From a virus, in IMG/VR virus record IMGVR_UViG_3300025009_000054, positions 32,001 through 96,000 of that record: a DNA stretch of 64,000 nucleotides; one strand, written 5' to 3'. The position numbers were made by a program, and so were the translations under genes. Positions 57,909 through 64,000 of the stretch are shown in pieces (the stretch's first letter is position 1; each line of letters opens with the position of its first letter). The notes below the pieces were generated by a model, which was not told the DNA's origin, searched no databases, and worked only from the letters and a program-made list of their open reading frames with translations.

Positions 57909-60841
57909 AGTGATAGTACCTCATACCCTTCATCAGTCGCGTATTTTACCCTATTTCTATGATGCTTCGATAGATACCTACAATTCATATCGGCAATGTC
58001 AAGAACAAGACCATTCTTCTTATCAGGTCTATTTGGATCTTTCCTCATGACACGACCAACACGCTGTATATACATGCCACGCTCAGCACCATCAACCACC
58101 ACAATTAAGTCTAAACTAGGAACATCAACACCCTCATTAATGAGTGTAGTTATCATGCATTTAAGCTCACGGCTCTTAAGTTTAGTAAATGCACGTTTTC
58201 TATCGCCTTTACTATCACTACTAATAAGCAAGATAGCACCAGGTATTAGGGGTAGTAAATTTTTACCATGCTCCACTTTACTAATAGCTATAGCTACAGT
58301 AGATCCACTATCCATAGCACGTATTACACTATCGGCTATCATTTGGTTACGTTCTGCATTGTCTATAATGAGTTGTCTATAGACATCGTTATATGATATG
58401 TCAATTTCCTTACGACATTTTGGACAATAACCTTTGTGGCCTACGAACGATGCTGAGAATTCGATTACATTACCACATTTGCCCTTACCGACCTTAGTTG
58501 GGCATATAACCTTAATAATATTTTTAGAATGATCAAATTTCTCGCACCTGATAATGGGCGGGACCAATATTCCAGCATCTATAATCTCTTTTGGACGTGC
58601 CATATACAGCATCCTCGGAAGAGCCGCTTCAATAAGCAGGTCTGTGTCATCGTCACGGTAAGGCGTCGCTGAGTTATGTACTAATACCCCATTAGCCACA
58701 AACGATGGATGCCCATCCATTTCTAAATCATATACATAGTCGATACTATCAAATACTGATAGTCCAGTATCCTTGATTTGCACCTCATTAAATGAGTAGT
58801 TACTATGGCAATATTTTGATCTTGTACCGCTACGACCATTATTCTTACCATTCATAGCATTAGTAGACCATGTTACTATATATGACGGATGTTTACCGAT
58901 AATTTTCCTACCATACACAGTTCCACCATCACGTGGTCCGGATTTTGGTGATGTAGATCCCGAAACACCTATACTACGAAGCAAACACAGAATATCCATA
59001 ACTAACTTATAGGATGTCGTGGTGTAATAACACCTTTTGCGATTTCTCGATCTTTCTGCACTATGACCATCAGAATCTATTAATCCATTTAATAATTGAC
59101 GTCTAGACTGATATGACCATGAAAAAAGACACTCACCTGGTATATGCTTCGTTAAATGGTTTACCTTACCAAAATACGATTGGAATATATCGACTAATAT
59201 AGCACTATTTATCTCTACCTGGGTAGATCCATCTCGTTTATCAAGTGTTAGATTACAATGTAGCCATGACATACTATTCACTTTACTGATAAATGCATCA
59301 ACATCTTCACTACATATCGAAAAACACAATTGATTTGTATCTATCCAACCATCTCCAATAAAATAGCCCATAATATATGCTAAATCTACAGTTGGAATGT
59401 ACGCATCCACCCACCCACCATGTGAATTACCAGAATAGATCCTAGTTGGTTTTGGCAATATATTTTTATGTTGTTTATATATACTTAACGACAAATAGTG
59501 TCCATACTGACCACGATTCCTAAACCTAAACCATGCTTTTGGGTCCAAATTTAATGCTCGACGATTAGTACTCGTCAAATCAACACATACTAGGGTTCCT
59601 GAGTCATCAGCTCTATCTGACGCGTCGATCATATCAATACCACGATCACACCAATCTATTCCATCATCTCCAATTAATACATCACCAATAATCAAATCCT
59701 GGGCTGATGCTTCAGACACTATAACCTGATGTTTGGTATCTCCAATATTTCTACCACCAGGTACTATCTTATATATGGAATGATCATTCGTCGTATTTAG
59801 CCAAGTTCCGTATACACGTACACCTGGTAGCTCACTAGATGCCGGTACATGCCTAATAAAATTTTTGATAGGTTTCCATGCAAACTTATCACCAGTCCAA
59901 CCACGTGACATTATGCCCTGACCAGATACATCTATAATCTCATATCCATCAGATGTTATATGTGATGCCATGTCAGTACAAGAAGCAATATAGAAAGCAT
60001 CTGCGATTTTACAATGTTGTCCAGTCCCAAAAGGACCACCAATAAGCTCTACATACGATTCGCTATGAACTGATAAACCTACGCGTACGTCGGCCTCGGA
60101 AAAGGCTCCGAAGGTATCGAAAACTGTCTGGGCTCGTAGGTGGTGCATTTCATCGCAAAACACGACTCTCGTGTTTTTAATCATATTCTTAAGGTCATTT
60201 GTCCGATAATCGTCCTTTGAACTCATGATCTTACCAATAGTCTGCAATGTCGCAACAGTCACCACATTAGGTTCAAATACAGTATCACCAACTATTCCAA
60301 TACCGGTACTCGGTAAATACTCCTTAAATGATTCATATGTCTGATATAAGAGCTCTATATTATGTACCAGAAACACTGATGGAACACCCATTTCAGCTAT
60401 GGCGTGAGCGGCAAGTAGTGTCTTACCAGACCCAGTAGGGAGACATATCACGCCACATTTCTTCTCAAGTATTGCTTGACACGCGGCCTTCTGATAATCT
60501 CTAGGATCTCTATTGGGTGTCCAATCGAACTTATCCTCATACCCCTTCTGAATACGATGGTCAATAATATCAATCTTAATATCTGGTCTAGCCTTAGATA
60601 TAGCCCATTTTACTCTATCGACAAGTCCTGTTGGAAATTCATATGTGTCAGAGTTAAAAACTGATACAATGCCCGACATATTCTTTTGTGCCCATTTAGA
60701 CCTATGTTTAAACCCAGGATCCTTATATGAGCACACTGAGCACGCATGGCCTACAGCATTTATTGGGTCGTAATCGCACTCTTCAATAATTATTTTACTA
60801 TACGCAGACCTTACATCTATTTTCATTACTGGTTTCCCCAT
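57905..60841 (-). CDS. SF2 (UvsW/XPB-like) DNA helicase containing an intein
   Basis: PRDYQ, LPTGSGKT, DEMH, GL[intein]SATP, EGVDVP, IQRVGRVMR. Confidence 0.92.
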   Translation of the reverse strand: MGKPVMKIDVRSAYSKIIIEECDYDPINAVGHACSVCSYKDPGFKHRSKWAQKNMSGIVSVFNSDTYEFPTGLVDRVKWAISKARPDIKIDIIDHRIQKGYEDKFDWTPNRDPRDYQKAACQAILEKKCGVICLPTGSGKTLLAAHAIAEMGVPSVFLVHNIELLYQTYESFKEYLPSTGIGIVGDTVFEPNVVTVATLQTIGKIMSSKDDYRTNDLKNMIKNTRVVFCDEMHHLRAQTVFDTFGAFSEADVRVGLSVHSESYVELIGGPFGTGQHCKIADAFYIASCTDMASHITSDGYEIIDVSGQGIMSRGWTGDKFAWKPIKNFIRHVPASSELPGVRVYGTWLNTTNDHSIYKIVPGGRNIGDTKHQVIVSEASAQDLIIGDVLIGDDGIDWCDRGIDMIDASDRADDSGTLVCVDLTSTNRRALNLDPKAWFRFRNRGQYGHYLSLSIYKQHKNILPKPTRIYSGNSHGGWVDAYIPTVDLAYIMGYFIGDGWIDTNQLCFSICSEDVDAFISKVNSMSWLHCNLTLDKRDGSTQVEINSAILVDIFQSYFGKVNHLTKHIPGECLFSWSYQSRRQLLNGLIDSDGHSAERSRNRKRCYYTTTSYKLVMDILCLLRSIGVSGSTSPKSGPRDGGTVYGRKIIGKHPSYIVTWSTNAMNGKNNGRSGTRSKYCHSNYSFNEVQIKDTGLSVFDSIDYVYDLEMDGHPSFVANGVLVHNSATPYRDDDTDLLIEAALPRMLYMARPKEIIDAGILVPPIIRCEKFDHSKNIIKVICPTKVGKGKCGNVIEFSASFVGHKGYCPKCRKEIDISYNDVYRQLIIDNAERNQMIADSVIRAMDSGSTVAIAISKVEHGKNLLPLIPGAILLISSDSKGDRKRAFTKLKSRELKCMITTLINEGVDVPSLDLIVVVDGAERGMYIQRVGRVMRKDPNRPDKKNGLVLDIADMNCRYLSKHHRNRVKYATDEGYEVLSL
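58673..60073 (-). mobile_element. Intein with LAGLIDADG homing endonuclease (467 aa)
   Basis: Starts SVHSESYV and ends VYDLEM...FVANGVLVHN followed by Ser; block B TTNDHSI; LAYIMGYFIGDG and LLNGLIDSDG; removal restores motif III GLSATP. Confidence 0.92.
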
Positions 60842-61200
60842 TTCTTAGAACCAGTCATTGATAGCTCTGGTTCGCGTAAACTACCGCGCCTCGACGTAAC
60901 ATCGTATAAAAACTTTATGGAGTGCATTACTTCTCTTAAGTAATCACGTTTTGTAATTTGATCTTTACTACCATGATCACGTACCGAATGATCAAGTCTA
61001 GACCACAAACCAACAACATATGAGTAATATGATGGTAACACCATAAACATTTTATCTACTTCATCACCAGGCACTACTGAGGGTACAGACATTCTATGAT
61101 ATGGTTCTATCGATTCAAATAGTTCCTCATAGGACACGCTCTCAACATTGTACACTGATATTTCTATTGACATATCTGTACCCTCCAAATCATACGCCAT
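60826..61200 (-). CDS. Hypothetical protein
   Basis: ORF track; helical. Confidence 0.55.
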   Translation of the reverse strand: MAYDLEGTDMSIEISVYNVESVSYEELFESIEPYHRMSVPSVVPGDEVDKMFMVLPSYYSYVVGLWSRLDHSVRDHGSKDQITKRDYLREVMHSIKFLYDVTSRRGSLREPELSMTGSKKWGNQ

Positions 61201-62002
61201 ATAAATCTAGATTTATAATCGCGTTTTTATATGTAGCCTCTACTAAGTCATTTCCTGTATAGTTTCTCCCCTCTTGTAACGAAGCTATACCCATACTAGC
61301 AGTACCACAAAATGGATCTATTATGGTCTGTCCAGGGTCTGTATATGTAAGAACTAACCTTCTACATATCTCAATTGGTAACTGGTTTAGGCCAAGACGA
61401 GGGCTCCCCTTCTTATGAAATGATCTAGATATGGTACTACATATATCGGAGATCAATCTACCACCAGGATTCCTCTTATCCTCTTTACCACCATAATCAG
61501 ATAGATACTTCTTACAATGTCTACATACTACATGGGGTTCACGTATGCGATGAAACGTCGACTCATATTCACTGAACCTATCATTCGGCATCCTACGCTT
61601 TCTAAGGACTAAGAACGCATAATGCCTAGGATATAGACCATACTTTTTGGGTCGAGCCCCACTAGGTGCATCCCAAGCTATCCAATGTGCGAACTCTATC
61701 CAATGATTTGTGCATATCTGCGCACCAGCCATCATAGTCTCATATGGCATGTGATGTAGTATGATCCATCCACCTGGCTTCACAGCAACAGCAGCATCTT
61801 CAACCCAACGATAGAGTTTTGATAAGTATATCCCATTATCTATACTGTCATTGACACTATCACCATACTGTACGTCTAAATTGAATGGTGGATCAAGAAA
61901 TACCATATCTGGCCTATTATTGCGACTAAGGATTGACTTTATAAAATCGTTATATTCCTTATTATGCATTTCATACGGCATTATTAGATATCCTTTAACC
62001 AT
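61190..62002 (-). CDS. DNA N6-adenine/N4-cytosine methyltransferase (beta class)
   Basis: FLDPPFN precedes IIDPFCGTASMG. Confidence 0.88.
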   Translation of the reverse strand: MVKGYLIMPYEMHNKEYNDFIKSILSRNNRPDMVFLDPPFNLDVQYGDSVNDSIDNGIYLSKLYRWVEDAAVAVKPGGWIILHHMPYETMMAGAQICTNHWIEFAHWIAWDAPSGARPKKYGLYPRHYAFLVLRKRRMPNDRFSEYESTFHRIREPHVVCRHCKKYLSDYGGKEDKRNPGGRLISDICSTISRSFHKKGSPRLGLNQLPIEICRRLVLTYTDPGQTIIDPFCGTASMGIASLQEGRNYTGNDLVEATYKNAIINLDLYGV

Positions 62003-62289
62003 GACATAACATCGTCAGCTATATTATCGCCACGGAATACCTTCACAATAACATCTACGTCCCAACCAAATTTCTTTATAGTCTCATTAATAACATTGTC
62101 GTGAATATTATCATAAACTACTCCCCACATATCGCTTGGACCCATATCAACCATCGGCTTCGCTACAAAACCGATAGCCATCATCACTAACTGGTCAATC
62201 AAATGTAAAGTCTTTTCACTTGAATCGAGCATTACTATCGATTTATTATCATCATATTTCTGTATCGTTATCTTCATGGCATACTCCAT
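61984..62289 (-). CDS. Hypothetical protein
   Basis: ORF track. Confidence 0.55.
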   Translation of the reverse strand: MEYAMKITIQKYDDNKSIVMLDSSEKTLHLIDQLVMMAIGFVAKPMVDMGPSDMWGVVYDNIHDNVINETIKKFGWDVDVIVKVFRGDNIADDVMSWLKDI

Positions 62290-62298
62290 ACAAAATTA

Positions 62299-62364
62299 AA
62301 GCCGTACCCATACTATAAAGAGGAAGAGGAATGACCTCCTAACTCTACGCATTGGGTACGGCTT
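62299..62364. other. Extended intergenic hairpin
   Basis: AAGCCGTACCCA ... TGGGTACGGCTT 12-bp outer stem with inner GAGG/CCTC pairing. Confidence 0.5.
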
Positions 62365-62400
62365 CATGGTATAATAAGCTACCACACCAATATAACTAAA

Positions 62401-62547
62401 TCATTGGTTTTCGATAAACTTAGCGTATTGCAGTATCATCGATGCAGCATTAAGTCGATCTTGATCAGATGTCGGTATTGTTCCATTAACTAATTTCTGC
62501 AGATATTCTATTGATTCACCAACAGCAGTAGCAAGGTTCTTATTCAT
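62401..62547 (-). CDS. Small hypothetical protein, 48 aa
   Basis: Manual translation MNKNLATAVGESIEYLQKLVNGTIPTSDQDRLNAASMILQYAKFIENQ; GGGAG RBS. Confidence 0.5.
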   Translation of the reverse strand: MNKNLATAVGESIEYLQKLVNGTIPTSDQDRLNAASMILQYAKFIENQ

Positions 62548-62558
62548 TCTGACACTCC

Positions 62559-63209
62559 CTACTCAGATTTATCTGTAACATATCCAGCGCGGTTTCTATG
62601 AACGCCCTCTGAACAGTTACAGTTCCAACAAAGCACTCTTAATCCTAAATTATCTGGGTATCCATTATTGCGCAACCATCGATAAAACTTCTCACCACCA
62701 CGCTTACCATTAATATTAGAGTGTATAATACCATCTTTATATGAGTGGTCTATTGTTAAAAACAATAGATTAGTCTCATGACAGACTACGCATTCGCTTC
62801 CATAATGAGATATGGCGTCGTACTTCAAACGACGTGAGTATTTCGTATAGTAATTGCTAGACTCAACTATGCCATTATGAGGACATTGCCCACTATTAAT
62901 AGATCTCCCAGAGTTACAATTCCAACACAATAATCTATAACAAGTTGGATATCCATCACGGACTATCTGACGATACAAAGCATGAGTATTTCCAGCTTCC
63001 CTAAGATGTGCTTTACCACCACCATCAATATGATCTAAAGTTAGGAAATCAATATTACTGATACCACAACATGAACATTTACCACCATAATGCTCAATAA
63101 TCAATATGCGGGCTTTCTCTCTGTATCTACGTTTTATAGATTTAATGACATCTGGATGTGACTGGCGATACTCAGCATTCATAACTTTACGCTGTTCTTT
63201 ACTTACCAT
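62559..63209 (-). CDS. Tandem HNH-type endonuclease (paralog of 43366..44303)
   Basis: Two YG..C..C....FLT.DH...GYP...R.LCWNCN domains. Confidence 0.8.
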   Translation of the reverse strand: MVSKEQRKVMNAEYRQSHPDVIKSIKRRYREKARILIIEHYGGKCSCCGISNIDFLTLDHIDGGGKAHLREAGNTHALYRQIVRDGYPTCYRLLCWNCNSGRSINSGQCPHNGIVESSNYYTKYSRRLKYDAISHYGSECVVCHETNLLFLTIDHSYKDGIIHSNINGKRGGEKFYRWLRNNGYPDNLGLRVLCWNCNCSEGVHRNRAGYVTDKSE

Positions 63210-63714
63210 CTAATAGTCCAGCCATTTTACACATCGTTACCCAATCGGACATTTGCATAACAACAAATCTATTAGTATCTCCCTTGATATGAAAACCCAT
63301 CCACGGAATCTTAGGCGGGCTACACTCGCCTGCATCTCTTATTATATCGTCTAAATCTTTTCTTGGTAACACAATATTCTTCTGCACTACACTATGTGGA
63401 GTAATATCTTTACACTCACCAAGTAATTTGTTACTAACAATATCACCTTTACCGAACTCTTTACTACTACCGGAGTATGGTACTCGATCAGAACCTGTAG
63501 CCTTAGCAAATGCTTTTTCATTTGCCTTACCACGTGCGCGGTTTCTACGGTTTCGCTTTATACGCTCAAATTTGTCAACACGTGCCTTTTCTAGTATATC
63601 GGCTTTCGCAGTATCTGTAAGCGTATCAAGCACTAACTTATATTTATCAAGAGCCTTCGTCTGTTCCGCTGGAGTTAGTATTGTGTTCTCCAGAGTCACC
63701 TTCTTTGATCTCAC
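63199..63714 (-). CDS. Putative Holliday junction resolvase (Hjc-like PD-(D/E)xK)
   Basis: RARGKANE...RVPYSGS...GDI...ECK. Confidence 0.65.
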   Translation of the reverse strand: MRSKKVTLENTILTPAEQTKALDKYKLVLDTLTDTAKADILEKARVDKFERIKRNRRNRARGKANEKAFAKATGSDRVPYSGSSKEFGKGDIVSNKLLGECKDITPHSVVQKNIVLPRKDLDDIIRDAGECSPPKIPWMGFHIKGDTNRFVVMQMSDWVTMCKMAGLLDGK

Positions 63715-64000
63715 TTGGCATACCAGCTTTCTGTCTTACAACGGCTATTAAATCCATAATATGCTGACAAAACACTGGATCTGATCTTAACGCAACATCT
63801 ATAGCCTTCTTACCATTCCACTTTTTGTCAGTGTTAGCAAGGTAAAACCACGACGACACTTGCGTTATAATATTAAGCGAGATTGCCTCTTCGATTAGAT
63901 TACCAATTATATCTATACCAGAATCAAATCTAAAGTCATACTCACCCTTGCCATACGGTGGAGCAACTGATGATTTCTCAACAATAACTCTAACTCTGTG
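63647..64000 (-). CDS. recA: RecA/UvsX recombinase, C-terminal part (5' end beyond the window)
   Basis: Manual translation HRVRVIVEKSSVAPPYGKGEYDFRFDSGID...IITQVSSWFY...KWNGK matches the RecA C-terminal domain pattern. Confidence 0.8.
   Translation of the reverse strand, partial: HRVRVIVEKSSVAPPYGKGEYDFRFDSGIDIIGNLIEEAISLNIITQVSSWFYLANTDKKWNGKKAIDVALRSDPVFCQHIMDLIAVVRQKAGMPSEIKEGDSGEHNTNSSGTDEGS

Noticed and set aside
250-63751. All plus-strand ORFs in the track
   Set aside because: They are antisense shadows of long minus-strand genes, with no recognisable motifs.
1-64000. Alternative genetic code (stop-codon reassignment seen in some large phages)
   Set aside because: Long conserved genes are intact in code 11, and TAG, TGA and TAA all end genes at sensible junctions.
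1-64000. tRNA or rRNA genes
   Set aside because: Intergenic gaps are short and none showed a cloverleaf or T-loop signature by eye; tRNAscan-SE was not run.

Overview
A 64-kb segment of a large, probably jumbo/huge, dsDNA bacteriophage genome. GC is roughly 40% by eye and the standard genetic code applies. Essentially every real gene is on the minus strand, densely packed with GGAG(G) ribosome-binding sites. Read in transcription order from right to left: (i) 64-26.5 kb is a replication, recombination and nucleotide-metabolism block. It holds RecA (partial), a Holliday-junction resolvase, two HNH endonucleases, a DNA MTase, an intein-containing SF2 helicase, MazG, a WGR-PARP, UDG, a primase-helicase fusion, a DUF1599-like protein, PurB, class II RNR, ThyX, an NDT-dUTPase fusion, a Cas4-like nuclease, a DHH protein, a glycosyl/methyltransferase cluster, DnaE, a Spo11/TopoVIA-like TOPRIM protein and SbcD/SbcC. 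(ii) 26.5-9.7 kb holds a sigma factor, the terminase large subunit, a set of acidic multi-module proteins punctuated by a recurring R/K-T-A-Q/S peptide, an 820-aa protein with an ECF sigma core, and a small membrane protein. (iii) 9.5-0 kb holds many small accessory genes including RNase H and a HAD protein. The most notable observations are the RTAQ-punctuated putative polyproteins around the terminase, the giant ECF sigma factor with a three-copy ATTRRC-N17-GTRCGTCTACACT candidate promoter, a phage PARP1-like enzyme, a circularly permuted NDT fused to dUTPase, and a Spo11-Mre11-Rad50-like gene trio. All family assignments come from motif recognition by eye; no database searches were run.
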